DNA of 56,708 bases, filler included, from Sphacelaria rigidula (GCA_964200075.2; 7 parts of 7 records of this genome joined end to end with filler, not necessarily neighbours in it); one strand, 5' to 3'; numbered from the whole stretch's first letter, positions 35,801 to 49,981 are shown. Numbers and translations: made by a program. Notes: generated by a model not told the origin, from the sequence alone.

Positions 35801-38800
35801 ATGTGATTGGTAAATACAACAGGCACGTATACATCAACCCCCCGAACGAGTACACAATGGCACTCGCCAAATACGTGCAGCACTCAGCTGCATCAGACTT
35901 CCAATTGCAGAACGTGACCCCCGCACTTCGAAGCAAACTGGAGCAAACTTGGAGCATCACACGTGTTCCGGCCCCTTACTTGTGAGCAAGCTGCGGCGAA
36001 CATTCTCTCTACCTGATCTATCTACAGACAGTTTGAACGCTCTCGTGGTTTATGCAAGTAGATGTTCGGGCGGGTAACGTCCTCAATTGAAATCCAATTA
36101 TGGCGACCAACGTATTTTTCTCGCCACATCTGCAGACGGTTTCAAGGATGTATTGCCAGGTGCATCACACCTCCAGTATACATTTCCTGAAGCACCTTCG
36201 ATATATATTGACCCCAACAAAATGTCGACAGCCCCCGGTCGACGAAAACATATATCACAATACCACTACCTCTCGCCTAGTTCTTGTTCGGCATCTAGTG
36301 CCGCAATAGCGAGTCTTATTGTTTTTCATAAGACATATTGCTAGCTACACGTCGATGTATCCATCACCACACATGATGAAAGATTGATCGGGGAGCAACC
36401 TCGTGTCGTACGCGTGTCGGCATGAACCCACCCCACCTCGATCACGTGGACATATATTGTGGCTACAATGCTCCCAAGTGTAGCACATACCAACATGTGT
36501 TATCGAGGCCCGGATTGTGCTGTCTTTGATATCAACTTTAGGCATCTAGTGGAAATTCACAGACACGTCTAGGGTATGAAGTGTTCATGGTTCCTATGGA
36601 ATCTAACACGTCGGTAGTCTACCGCCGAAAACCGCCGTTATCGAAATGGCCATCGTGCAACGGTACTGTACTGTACCGTGCGTATTTTGCTCTTCAATCG
36701 GAGTATGACATTTTTGTAGTTTTTTCGTAGTCGGCGATTTTGAATGTGTTTTTCGCGTGCCACCGATCATCCCAGCGAGCGGTTGATCCAAACGTTTGAG
36801 AGTCGGGAGATACTAGGCATCCTTTTTACTTTCCGCAACAATAACCGTCTCTGTGCTCAATCAACATTGAACGACTTCCGAACTGAGGCGACAGGGGATG
36901 TTATTGACCAACGAGGTTGACAGAGGATGCTATTGATCTCTTTTGGTCGAACACATACCTCTTTCAGGCTCTAGCGTAATGAATAGGTGAAAAAAACAAC
37001 TAAAGTCGAATCATTTTCATGAGATTATTGGGATTTGTTTCACCCCCACCTGTACTATCCAGAGCTCGGTTGGGCAATTTTCGATTTTGGGCTCTTACCT
37101 GAATTTTCTCGTGTAGTATCCGTCCTTGACGCTTGTAAGTCCTGGCGTCGATGGATATTGGGAAAAGAAGCAAGTCGTGCTCAGAACACAATCCTCAATT
37201 GATGGTTCGGGGAGATCTGGAATACATTCCTTGTTCATGAGGGAATGTTGTCGATCGTTACTGGTCCAAAACGCAGTTTTTCGGCTCTAAAGCAATAATT
37301 AGGTGGAACAACTGGACAACGCAGCCACTTTGATCTATTTATGAAATCGATTTGAGTTGCTTCAATCGAGCAAAAATGCTCAAAAGCTTCAGAACCTGGG
37401 GCTGGGTTATCTCAGGACCCCTGAGAACCGGTCAGCCCGTGAGGCTTTCAAAAATGAGCACGAATGTAATTTTGTTTCGAAATGTGCGGGATATACATGA
37501 TATTCCCCGATCCTCATACTTTGTCATTAAACGTTGACTGGGATGAGCAGTCGCACACGAAAAGAATACAATATCCCCGACGACGAACAAACCACGAAAC
37601 TCTCCCATTTCAAATGGTAGCTACTGTAACCATGTAGGCGTGGAAAGGAAGTAGGCGAATTACGACCCCGACAGCCGTCACGTGTACGCATTCCCAGGTG
37701 CTAGTGCAGCACTGAAGGCAAAACCGAGGAATGGGTAACGATGCGCTTACCATAGCATCGATGCACCACGGAAGGAATGCACACGACACAAACCGAAACC
37801 GTAAATAGCGGACACCGTGTGCAACATCGAAGAATCGACGTTGCCTTACCCGCCACACCACACCGAACATGACAACAGACTCTTCTTCCATCACCAAATC
37901 ATACCGCGTCCTGTAGTATTGTACGGTCACTACGCTGAGCCGAGAATCGTCAGAAACAGGAATGATTTACTTTCCTCACAAGCGGGCAAAGGCTACTACG
38001 TTCAACCAGGTGCAAATCAGAAGCTCCACGACGTCACCAGCCACGTCAACGGTTTTCTTCGCGCATTTGTCCACCTTTTCTCTCGATATTTGAATATTCT
38101 TTGGTGAGTGAGACCCGTGGTCGGATGCGAGGACAAAACACGCGCACAAACAGTGATTGAACAGCCGCTTCCGAACCGCTTCTTCTGATCCGAAAACATA
38201 TTATCGAAAAACGGGCCCGGTGCTTAATTCAGATGTTGGTCGAACCGTTCCTATGGGACCTCTCAGAGAGAGAGAACGTCTCCGAACGGGGCTTGCCCCT
38301 GAACGATGCTTTCTGCCTCCATCTTGTCGACAAAAAACGACCTTATATCGGAGATATCGAGATTTGTCGACCCAGGGGATCACAAAAACGCCTCCATCAA
38401 GCATGGTGCGGCCAGCTGCGTAGACAGAGAATATACATTAGGGTACCGCTGCACACGTCGAGTACAGACAGCACAGTGTACGATGCAGCGACGTTACATT
38501 GCAGCCAGTGCCGCTGTGTAACCGTACATCCAGTACCCACAGGTGTAGCATATAGTTGATGAGCACGTGCATGCCGCACAACGGCAGCAGCATACCGCAG
38601 GGTACGTGCAGTGCAGCAGTGCAGATGGGGCAGCGAAGTACAGAAATACGGACAACGGACAGAACAGCGGCCGCTTTTTCGTACACCAAGTAAAACATTC
38701 CAAGTATCACGGTGGACGGGCGTACGCGCCATTTGTTTTCGGAGTTGTACGAAACGGTTTCGAAAACTGCTGTTCTTCGTAGTCCGTCACCGGCCGACCT

Positions 38801-38833
38801 TCTGCTCGGTCGTCGAATCATAGCCAGCGACCT

Positions 38834-38834
38834 C

Positions 38835-38874
<40 letters not shown>
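38834..38874. repeat. (AAC)13 microsatellite
   Basis: Perfect trinucleotide run. Confidence 0.95.
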
Positions 38875-41282
38875 TGGAAGAAATCATATTTGTTTGTGTC
38901 GAACAATCAAACCACTTTGAGGTGCCGTTTACACCTTGGACCACACATGGTACAATTGCCGCGGGTTCACTAAGGCGAGTTTATTGTGGGGCACGGATCT
39001 TTTCACGGTACCTGCAGTGTATGGCATGTCTTGTCCAAGGCTCGACATGACGTGGTCCGCATAATCTGTGTGATGACACGGCACATGGTGACAGAGATTC
39101 GCGATGCGGTTTTATTTGTGGACGGGGCGTACGAACTTCCGTTTGCGAGGGTAAAGTACGGTGCTAGAATCCCATATTCGCGCGTAAACCAGGAAATAGT
39201 TCATTATACGCAGAGCACAATCCGGGCAAAGGATTCCTCGCTTGGTTCGTATTCTTTTGCTGAAATTTTCACTCCAAGGTTTACTTCAGTCGTCCGCCGA
39301 ATACCTTTAGCACATATTTTCATGTGTCCTGAAATCTGCTACGCCGTTTTGTCCCGTTTGTGTTATTACGTTGGTATTTGCGTGTTTCTACAGCTGTCCC
39401 CCCAGAGCAGATTGAGTACCAATTACACCAAGCCCTGTGCTTTTTACTGCATCACGTGCAAAATGGACGCACGGGCCACATTTTTCCCCTGTCCACACCT
39501 CCGCACGTTCACCGCATGACCCGTCGATAACCCCTGTCTCGTGGCATGCCAATGGCTTTTGCCGCAGGGTGCCGGTTGATCGGAGTATGTGCAAGAATCC
39601 TTGTTGCTATATCGAGGCGATATATCAGAGTATTTGCGAGCCCAACACTCAGTGAGCTCCTTGGAGTTCATCCCGTCCGGTGAGTGCGTTCTAGGTCTCA
39701 GTGTTTACTCTCTTCAGGCAAGAGGGCATCAAAGGAGTAATACCATTTTTCGAGAGGGGTGCATTTTTACAACCCTCCCTAAGTCGACGCGGTGTCTTAT
39801 TTCAGCAGGTGGGGACAGGGACGACTGATGTTTGCACAGCTGGCTATCATCATACCGCCTTGCTAGTGCCGTATGGTGGGTGCAGTAGCATGCACAACCG
39901 TCCTGCCAGTGGTAACCGCCACCATACCTAGCGTAGAGCACCCTTTGCGCACCTACACAGGATGAGGTGACGTCTGCCAACAGCACATGACAGTGTGGTG
40001 AAAACGTGATGGATCATCGTGTGCTGCCCACTTCGATATTGCCATCTGCCTGGTGTAGGCTTTCGGCATCAATCGCTTATATGCTGAGGAATACCACTCG
40101 CATGAACTGCTGGTTCGTCCAGCCTGTGAGCCTGATCCGAGGTGCACAGAATAGAATGAGCATTTGCGCGTTGTGTGTCACGTGAATCGCTTGGGTAGAG
40201 AAACCGCACTAGCGACCTCGATACTGTAGATTTCTGTGCATCTTAAGACTTGGACATTTCTTTTTCCCCTTCAGCCGTGCCCCCAGCGCTGCAAACACAC
40301 GTATCAAAACCACGCTTCTTATTGGAACCCCTCCCTCGTCCCGGCTTTCTAGGGGCGGACCCCCGATGGGATTGGCGTCGGTTGGCGATAACGCTATAAA
40401 ACACGCCACTCACTACGTAAGCTAGGCAACCAGGTTACCGCTTGTTTTTTGCGCTCTGGCGTTTTTTTTGAGGTAACCNNNNNNNNNNNNNNNNNNNNNN
40501 NNNNNNNNNNNNNNNNNNNNNNTTAATTAATTAANNNNNNNNNNNNNNNNNNNNNNNNNNNNNNNNNNNNNNNNNNNNCAAACCTCCTACAATGTCCCCT
40601 AGCTCGACTCTGTACACGAGTCACCCTACCCATCCGGGCGTCGGTCCTCAAGGTGTGCAATTTTGTCATGTTCCAACACCGCATTACACAGGCACAACGG
40701 CTGCCGCCGCCTAGAGGTCCATATGGTTCCACCCTACATCATCAGCCAGTCTGAGTAGGATCGCGGGTTTCAATCAGTACTGGTGAATCCAATGCTTGAA
40801 ACCAAATTGCAAGGAACGAGTCAGGAGAGTCGAGATCAGACAACGAACTCGCGAAAAAATTGGGAGGGGTGTGGACCCTTGGGACCGATCCCCCACCAAC
40901 ACAGGGTTGACCCTGTGTTAGTAAAATAATTAAAAACAAGTCTTCGAGAGACCTGCTCAATCACGGTGAGGCGAAATTTATCGACCAGGCCCGAACGACC
41001 AGTGCTGGGGTTGCCGAGTATGATACCACTGTAAAAATCGTGTGGGGACACCATCCCTAGCCCAGTTAAGCCTTCGCAGGTTTCCAAGCGCAGGGCGGTC
41101 GGAGCTTGGTTATATGATATGACTTGCACTAAGTATACCATTCCCGAGTTCTCCGGTGGGTTTTTTGGGTCTCAATTCCCTACTAAAACGTAGTAGTTGA
41201 CACTAACACAGGGTCGACCGGAAAAGCCGGGAAGGAGTGTACATGCTACCATGTGGTCGTTTTCACCACACCCTAAAACCAG

Positions 41283-41471
41283 GTGGGCTGTGGAAAGACA
41301 AAAGGATCTCCTGTCATGAGTTCTGCTTATCCCTCTGGCGATGACTTGCAGGGTGCAGTTAATATGTATGTAGTGGGTGGGGATGAAGAAGCGCTATGTA
41401 GCCAGTTGATCTCGGTAGCTGAGAATTGCCCAGAACGTGCAAGGGAGTATGCAGAGGCAGCTGCTGCTCAA
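41283..41471 (+). CDS. Possible internal exon of an unknown protein
   Basis: Acceptor-like CACCACACCCTAAAACCAG|, a 63-codon open frame (VGCGKTKG...EYAEAAAAQ), a weak GT donor, then (ACTGT)n intron-like sequence. No recognisable domain. Confidence 0.35.
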
Positions 41472-44400
41472 GTCGGAGAGGCGTACTACACTGTACTGTA
41501 CTGTACTATACTCTTGCATGCATGCGTGCCGCAACACTGATACCGCGTTCGAAGAGAATTTGCCGCATTCTCCAGAGGGTCCCACATTAACGAGCTGGTC
41601 TAGCTAAGACGCGAATTTGTAGTTTTCGGGCCTGACGTTCCCTCAATTTCAAGAGTTGGATTTCAACTGTGGTGCGGAGATTGTGTCGTGGATAATACAA
41701 AAAAGCAGAACCCTCAGTTTTTCCGTCGTAACAACATTTTACCGAAAACCGGATACTGATTATGATTATCGCCTCTCACTGATCAGGGACAGAAATCAGG
41801 GTCCCGATTTTCTGCTCTTTCATGCTCCAGTGATTCTCCGTACCAAATTTGAAGTCCAGCTCTCAAAATTGAGGTGAGGCAGGGTGATTTAGTTAACGGG
41901 TCGGTCGTAATTCAGAATAGCATTTTGCAGACCACTCATCGACCCAGGTTTGGTACCTGTCTTGAAATTTTGCGTGTGAGATCGCCAGGGCATCATGAAC
42001 CAAAAAAAGTGGGAAAGGTAGATTCCATTTATTTTCATGAGTTCAGGACGTTAGAATACAGCAGATTTTATTTTTACAAGAACGACCTCAGCTCTCAATA
42101 GAGAAAAATGAATGCCCACTTATTCTTGTCAGCACGCCGTTGCGATTTTCTATGCCACGTTTCCATCACGATTCTACAAATTGGAGCTGAAAAACTGCGG
42201 TAAGCGCGTAGAACCTGTCCATTTTCCCTCGAGGTTCCCCTCAGAACGGAAGAAAAAGTCTTGTGAAGCTGCAGTTTTTTCCTTCTTCTTCTCATCATTA
42301 TGCCCTAGCGATTCTCCATACCAAACTTTTGAGCACAACTTACAACTCTCAAAAAGTGAGACGCGATATGCAGATTTGGTGAATGCAGTGCCTCCGCTCG
42401 TAATATTTGATTCTAGTATGAAATCTCGTGTGCGCCATATCTTCAAAGATTTGGTGAGGGTGAGAGTGTCGATCGTTTCCCCGTGCTCCAGGAAATCTCC
42501 ACACCAAAAGTTGTCATTATCCGCATTAGATATCGTGCGGGGTTTCATCGAGACTTGAGACCCTATGTTCGTACGCTAATAGGGATTACTAGATATGGCG
42601 TTTAATCAAGGAGAAAAAAATGACTCAGACTTTTGAGCAAAAGGGCATCTTCCCGTTGACTAGAATATACATGAAGTACGATATGTGGATCAAGACCCAG
42701 CTCGTCTGTATCGACGAAATATTGCTTCGAGAGCTTATGCAGTTTATGGGACCGGCTCGTCGGCATTCTCGGCACACTCTGACTAACCAAGCATCTGGTC
42801 ATCGTCCACGAAGATCATCCCTGTCGTACCTACCTCACTGTACTGTGCGTAAGATAAATACCAGCGCGATTAGCAACTTCTTCGTTTTTTTTGGTTATAC
42901 AACGCAAGACACCCGACAGAAACACCCACCGTCTAGTGCCTTGTCCAGCTCTTCTTCGAGGTGGTCCACGCGCTCCTCCGCGTACTCTTTATCTTTGAGC
43001 CATTTCGACCACTTCTCGGGGGTGAAATCCGGCACCTTCATGGCCGCAGATGGATGATCGACCACTTCTCGGGGGTGAAACCCGACACAGTTATCAACCC
43101 GAAGCTAGTCACGTATTGACCAGGAACAAGGAACCAGATATGAGGAGAACCAAGAAAACGTCAGCTGAACGTTTTGCTGCAATCCCCCGAACACTTTCCC
43201 CCCCTTGATCGCCACCCAAACACGCCTCCAGTGAAATGGCTTCCGGGTCGCGCCTTCTCCCGGCGGGCGGCTATACTCGGGGTTCCGATGCCACCTAAAC
43301 GTGAATTTGACTTCAGCTTCTTGGTCGGCCTTTGCTGTGGGAATATACGTATCTTGTCCCCTTCACCTTCCTGGTGTATTATTGTGTAGCGGACGCGGCA
43401 GCGGCGGGTTCGAGCCGTTACGTACACTGGACGAAAAAATATTCCGAGGTGGAGGGCAACGAGCATTTTACAAAGCAAACTGAACGGAACGGAAAAAGCG
43501 TCCGTGGAGAGAAGAGAAGGCAGTGTGTACAGGAGAGGCACAAGCCATGATAAGCCAAGCATCATCCCTCAAATCGCGATATATGAACACCAACATTGAT
43601 GTTGAATGATTCAATGATCATGGGATACTTCCTCTGTCCCGTGAGTTTGGGTCTTCAGCACGTACACGGGCCCTTGAACCATGTCCGATTGATGAGACGC
43701 TCATTTTTTCCTTTAAATCGTTAGGTGTTGAAACCCATTACTTTTTATCCTCAAGTTTTCACCATGCAGCCGAACGGCCGTGAAAAATCAATCTACCTTC
43801 AAATGATGATACTTTCCCCCCTTTCTCGAGACAAAAAAATCGTTGTACTTATTTTTTCTGTTTTCTCGAAGCTAATCCTCCTCTGAATCACATGAACTCG
43901 ATGCCAGGTACTCTCAAGCCGTTTCGAAGGCGCCCTTGTCGTACGCTACCTCCCTCCGCAAAGGTCCCCGCCCTCTGGCGCATCCTTACTCCGGTGTACT
44001 CGACCCAGAAGACGTTATGACCCAACCCCCAGAAAGCAAATCCCGAAATTCTCCCAAAATCGGTCACACTCTTGACCCGAATTTTCCAATTTGCAACCAA
44101 CAGTACACGACATTTTCCTCTCCTTCATTTATGGTGTTGGCTTCTCCTACTTGTCATCTTTGCAACGACACCAACTCAAGTGCCTGTCGTACATACACGC
44201 CGCTGGGTTGAACCCTCCTTGTTCATCACAAGACACTACAAAACTCATGGGACGAAGACAGTATATCGACATGGGGCTGCGGATACCTGGTGCACATCCC
44301 TAGAGTCAGTCCTAGGGAGGAAGCTCATGAGAGTACGTACGGCGACGCGTGCACTGCGGCAAGTAAACAGGAGCCTTCAGAGGGTTAGCTTCCACCTTAC

Positions 44401-44625
44401 CCCGAGTAAAGCTTTCCGAATAGCTCGAGGCAGCTACCCCACATGACTGCCGCGAGCCGATCTGGCCGAGCTTCCGGGTAATGTGGACACGAACCCACTT
44501 GTAGGTAAGTGTTGGGTGAGACTACCTCCTTCCCTCACGGGAGAAAAAACCTCGACAAACTAGAATCCATCTCCAGCGATCCGCGTTGGCGCCAACATTC
44601 TTGTACGTCCGGCAGTACAGCCATT

Positions 44626-44763
44626 CATACCCTGGACAATAGGAAAGGCAGTCAAAAAGTGTACTGCGTACAGTATCGACTATTGCGCCTATTGCAAGAG
44701 ACTAAATATTATATACTGTACGCAGTACATTTTTTGACAATATAATTTCTTGTCCAGGGTGTG
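44626..44763. mobile_element. 138-bp palindromic MITE with 8-bp TSD CAGCCATT (hAT- or P-like)
   Basis: TIRs are CATACCCTGGACAA / TTGTCCAGGGTGTG. CAGCCATT occurs at 44618-44625 and 44764-44771. Relatives lie at 54058-54202 and 52629-52940. Confidence 0.9.
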
Positions 44764-45732
44764 CAGCCATTATTTTGTACCGACGGTGGGTAGCGTTTCG
44801 AATATACCCCATCAGTGTACTGGGCCGGTTTGCTGCGCCAACATCGCCTTCGAGATACATATTGCGCACAAAACGTTGCCGGGTCATTTCTTCTACGCAA
44901 GTATAGCCATGCACCGTAGTCTTGGAGACTATCTCCCTTGACAGTTGATTGCCAAACATACCTCGAAGCCCACGGGAACACTGCTCCTAAAAAAAAATTC
45001 GACGGTAACCGTCATCACGGGAAGTACGCACAGCATGGAGAAGAGGCTTGCATGCAGAGCTCAAACGGCTGAGGCCCACGGAGGTGAAGGCGGGGCGAAG
45101 GGGCAACCATGAAATTCCGGAAACAAATTCCCTCCCCTTCCCCTCTCTCCCCGAAGGATGGGATTCCCCTCGCGAATGACGATTTTGGACGGGGGGCTGC
45201 CAATGAAGTTCCGAATGATTTCCTTTGCATGGATTACAGGATGCCGAGGAGTCAAAGATCTCCTCGTCTTTCCTGTTCTGTTTCCCTTTCTCTTCTCTTT
45301 ATTTTTCTCATTATTTCGAGTTTCCTTCACCGTTTAAAACCCGCTTTGCGTCACCCTCGCTCCCCCCTCGCCGCCCCTGGCCTTACGGCGATCTCGAGTC
45401 CCACCAGCTCTTCCGGAGAATAGCAATCGCGTATAAGGGCTACTTGCTGTGATCCTGCGATCCTATCGCAAAAGAAGATACGCGAAATTGGTCACACGTC
45501 GGACAAATCAGCCCCCTGTGGCTCAAGAGCTAGCTTTTTTTCGGCGTAGCTCCCTACTGAGCTGTGAGAGCTGCATGAGCCACACAGTGTGATGTAGAAA
45601 ATATCAACAGCTCTTCTGACATCGGCGACGGAAAAAAGTGTACTTTTTAGGGTGTTTATTGAACGGCATATTGTCGATTTTCCCAAGCTTTCACGCATTA
45701 GCCGAAGGCGTGTTTCTCAGATCGACGAGAGT

Positions 45733-45747
45733 TGTGTGTGTGTGTGT

Positions 45748-45783
<36 letters not shown>

Positions 45784-46119
45784 TGTCCAATCTATTCTGA
45801 ACGCCGGTTTACACCTTTCGGTATATGTGGGCGCACCAGCCGGGGTCACAGGAACAAGGTCAACACAGGAGCTTTGTATTTTTTATTTGTTTTTAGTACC
45901 CCACCTTCCTTCTGCGGTACTTGCCTTCATTTTTTATCGCGAGATGGGTCCAGCAGTTTCTTTCCCTCGTCGACCGTCAAGTCGAATTGTTGTGTACCCA
46001 CGACACAGTCGCTCTCCCTGTTAGGCACGGTGTGAGAAAAAATTCCAGATCGCTCCGAGATTCGAACCCACGACCCAACCGTCGGAACGTTTCGAGGTGA
46101 CCAACTGAGCCAAGGAAGG
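45733..46119 (-). mobile_element. tRNA-derived SINE with (CA)n tail
   Basis: On the minus strand, box A is TGGCTCAGTTGG (46101-46112) and box B is GGTTCGAATC (46059-46068). A ~280-bp body ends in a (CA)n tail (45733-45782). A 3'-end copy lies on + at ~50800-50887. Confidence 0.85.
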
Positions 46120-46372
46120 TTGCCCCTTCTTGACTGTGGTGAAGCAAAACCAACCCTTCCATCTGTGATGAGGGGGTTTTCCACCTGGTCGGCCACACGG
46201 CTGCGTGTGTGCGATTTGGCTTGGTACGCTGGCCATGTGCTGGACGGGCATCACCTCCCGAAAGCAAGCTCAGCAATGCGGTGCGACACCCGTATAAGAC
46301 TGCCCAGTTCGAGTACCAGACGTTGTACAGTAGTACATGAAACCAGACCGATGGCTCCATTTTTTGTTGTGT

Positions 46373-46603
46373 TCAACCCTCAGACCGCGAGTCAGACCGT
46401 GAGGGTACTTCATCTGGATCATGCATACCCTTTCCCAAGTAAAATTCATGCCGATTCGACGGATGACATACCGCCACCGCCCAAGGGTTAATCCTCTAGA
46501 CCGCGGTTCGGGTGTAAGAGTCCATCTGCATCATGCATACTTTTTTCAAGTGAGTATTGATGCCGATTCAGCAGGTGATGTACCCTCGCGGTCAAGGGAT
46601 TAA
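46373..46603. mobile_element. Two adjacent TTAA-flanked MITEs sharing one TTAA (46488-46491)
   Basis: TCAA-CCCTCAGACCGCG...CCAAGGG-TTAA-TCCTCTAGACCGCGG...CGCGGTCAAGGGA-TTAA. Confidence 0.82.
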
Positions 46604-47017
46604 CCAGGAACGCGAGTGCCGATTTTGGCTTGTGTCCACAAAGTCAACACAAGACCTCGAGATTTGATCGTATATCCATGGTTGACAACGTAACTACTAT
46701 ATTTTAGAGTTGGGAAAGTTTTGAGGAAATCCATGATTTAGGGCAGGTGAGCAGTGGACTCAGCTCGTCCAGAAAGTGTTTTCGTCGAAATCGGCGCATG
46801 CGGCATCGATTTCGGTTTTGCTAGCGCACACTTCGCCTAGGAGAACCTATGTACCCCCCTTGCCCGAGGGTCTCGTACGATTTGGGTCGGAGTTAGGGTT
46901 AGGGTCAGCAATTTTGATACTTCGTTCAAAATAGTCAACCATATGTACACGACCAAAACTTTCGGTGGCCTCAAAGTTGAACACAATTGACCCGTTGCGT
47001 TCTCTCGTTTGACAAAA

Positions 47018-47123
47018 TCAACCCTTGGGCCACGAGGTTAGTCTTCTGTTGAATCGGCATCAATTTCGAATGAAAAAAAGTATGCATGATCCAGGAAGAC
47101 TAATCTCGCGGTCTAAGGGTTAA
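47018..47123. mobile_element. TTAA-type MITE copy (another at 47308-47409)
   Basis: TCAA-CCCTTGGGCCACGAGG...CTCGCGGTCTAAGGG-TTAA. Confidence 0.8.
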
Positions 47124-48719
47124 CCCGACGGCACCGGGGAAATATTTTCGGTGCGCGCGCGACGCATGATGGTGAGTTCTGCAGTGGCCTTCCGCCGTAA
47201 AAATGGTTGCCGTCGGTATTTTTTGTTCCCACTCCTATTTTTGTCAGGGCTAAAAATAACAAGGCGTCTGACCTGGGGACGGAAGGGGAGGGTTTTCCTC
47301 ATAAGGATTAACCCTTTGACCGCGCGGGTAGGTCATCTGGCCATGCAATCATTTTTTCAAGTGAAACTGATTCTGAGTCAACAGATAGCCTATGCTTGCG
47401 GCGAAAGGGTTGCACACACACACACACACACACACACACCACGTGCACGCGCGCGCGAATCTGGGTAAGATCTGGCATCCATGTCTTTGGCGAAAGCACA
47501 GGCCATTCATGGTCTGGATTTACAACCGCAGGTGGCCAGTAGTGAGTGAGGTAAGCACGAGCCATCTTCTGCTCGACGTCGGAGCGCGAAGCGAACAAGG
47601 TCCAACTAATCCGACCCTAACTCGCTACAGGGGCGTCGCCGCTTCAAGAACCTTCTTCGAATTTCGAGAAAGGCTCGAGTAATTACTTACTTCATGGGCT
47701 ACCAGCAGCTATTACATGCGAAGTAGGTTCCACTGCTACGGATCGACATGGGGGGCTTCACGACCAAAACTCCACACAAGAAATAAATAATCGACGCAGA
47801 GGAATAATGAACACATCAGTAGGTGGTTGCACCTGTGCCGAGGCGCTCATGAACAGATTACACGCTTCATCGTCATTATTGAATTTCTTCTAGTACGGGA
47901 CAGCTGTAGCACTTCAGATCGCGCGGTTCTCGACACAGGAAGCAAGCTGGCCCACGGCACTTCACAGCCCCCGCCCGGCATACGCGCAACAGCTAGGGAA
48001 CTTGGGTACAATTTTGCTCAAGTCGCGATAGGCGACCAGAAAAGCTCCTCAAGAGCCGAAAACACCTCATTTCTTTCATTTACTCGGGGTTGTTGCGGCT
48101 TATTATCGCGCGCAAACGCGATGAAATAACTTGAGGATCTATCTTGGGCGTGTGGGGAGCGCACGCAAGAAACCGCATTCCGATTCTCCGCTGTGTTGCC
48201 AAGATCTAAGCGTTACGCGATCGGCACAACTCAAGACTGCAACAAGAGGGGCACAACAACAACACGGGCAGCAGTTTATATCCTTCCGTTGTTGTGACCC
48301 TGTGTACAGGTGTTACAGAAACGTCGTTCACAGGTTTGTTCTGGAATGTACTGTGATAATAGTGCATTTTTTATAAGCGCGATCATTTCGTCATTTCGAG
48401 GTGACCCGTGTATTTTTGATTGATATGATTCACCCGATCACGATCCAGTTCTTTCGCATACAGCGGTCGGGGCGGACTTTCCCGGCATGAGTCATCCTAC
48501 GATAGGGGGGGGGGGGGGGATTTTGGGCCCTTTTTTGTTCGGAATTTCGGGTCAGATTGTCGTTGAAAGCAGGAACTGGTGTTCGAACAAGCTNNNNNNN
48601 NNNNNNNNNNNNNNNNNNNNNNNNNNNNNNNNNNNNNTTAATTAATTAANNNNNNNNNNNNNNNNNNNNNNNNNNNNNNNNNNNNNNNNNNNNATTCGAT
48701 TCGACCGCACGTTTTCGAC

Positions 48720-49170
48720 ACCTAAACAATTTGATGAGACACGGCCTGAATCGTACGCTTTTTGGACGTTGATGAAGCACATATACAGAGGAACATTCTT
48801 CTCTCGGGCCAGTTATTGGAGTCTACGTACAACGAACATCATGTCGAGTGTAAAACGGCCAGGTCGGAAACCGCATTGCGCTTCTGGGAGGATTCCCTTC
48901 CACTCGCACTAGGCACTGAGGCGAGTCGCAACTATCTTGAGCACCACCTTGCCTTTCTTGAAGAGCACCTTGATGATAGTGTATTTCCACTCTTGCGGTA
49001 CAACTTCCTGACGCCACACGGTGAGCACGATGTCGTGGAGGTACTTCAGGATGGCAGAGTCTTCGGTGCGGCCGAGCTTTTAAGAGTTCGCCACAGATGT
49101 CGTCCGTCCCAACGGCCTTACCGTTCGCCAGTTTGCCCACCACTTGCTTCACTTTTGAATATTCCAGAGT
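48720..49170 (-). mobile_element. Degenerate LINE RT fragment (RTE-like)
   Basis: Across frames it reads LANGKAVGTDDICGELLK, WKYTIIKVLFKKG and [26 protein letters not shown]. Confidence 0.85.
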
Positions 49171-49981
49171 AATTTACAGTTCAATATACCAGGAACCTCG
49201 AGTTTAAGATACGAGTACCTCTATTAGTGAGGACCCGACTGTTGCATAGATAGTTATACATGCCGCCTCTCGCGGACAGGAGCGCTACAATGACATCAAT
49301 CGGTCTGTTCAACAACAGTGGAACCCAATAGTGCCACGCAAGGGACCAGGAAATACATAGCCAGCCCATTTCTGTAGACTTTAGACCTGTCGCAGCACAG
49401 GAACCACGCGGGCCTTCAACACAGAGTACAGCTGTGATATTCCTGAGTACACTAGTAGAACTGTGCCATCACGGCGGGGACTTAAGTCCTTCAGCACAGA
49501 CAAGAGTACACTCTTGAATTTGCATTGTAAAGCACATGACGTGCCTGTGGCCAAGTACAGTACCCTCAATCAAAACAATTTATAAGTATGAGCAGTGTAA
49601 TCGCCTGCTCGCTGTCAGACAATTTCACAAAATGATCTGTGCGATACGATCAAAAATAAAAAACGAGGGTCCCGGGACTGACGTGCGGTGCAGCAGACAA
49701 CAGTCAGTACCAACGGATATGCAAAAATCATATGCTTTGGTCAGTACAACAACAACAGTGTACAGTAGTGCAGTCCCGTACAGTAAAAACAGTATACTCC
49801 TATACAGTACAGTAGCTCGTAAATTTGACGTGAATTATTCGATTCCGAAATTTTCAAAATCGTATCAACTTCCTTCTCCTGGAAGATACCCCGATGGTCA
49901 GACGCTTGGCACGGACGCATCATATGCACCCTTCTGCTGTGACGAATGTCGTACATTGTACATAAAGGCAGCGTCCAAACT

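Noticed and set aside
42600..43060. Coding-looking minus-strand segments (MKVPDFTPEKWSKWLKDKEYAEERVDHLEEELDKALD)
   Set aside because: Short, the following segment has stops in the plausible frames, and there is no family match; too weak to call.
46050..46119. Possible tRNA gene
   Set aside because: A and B boxes are present, but I could not form an acceptor stem. It is fused to a repeated body with a CA tail, so it is called a SINE head.
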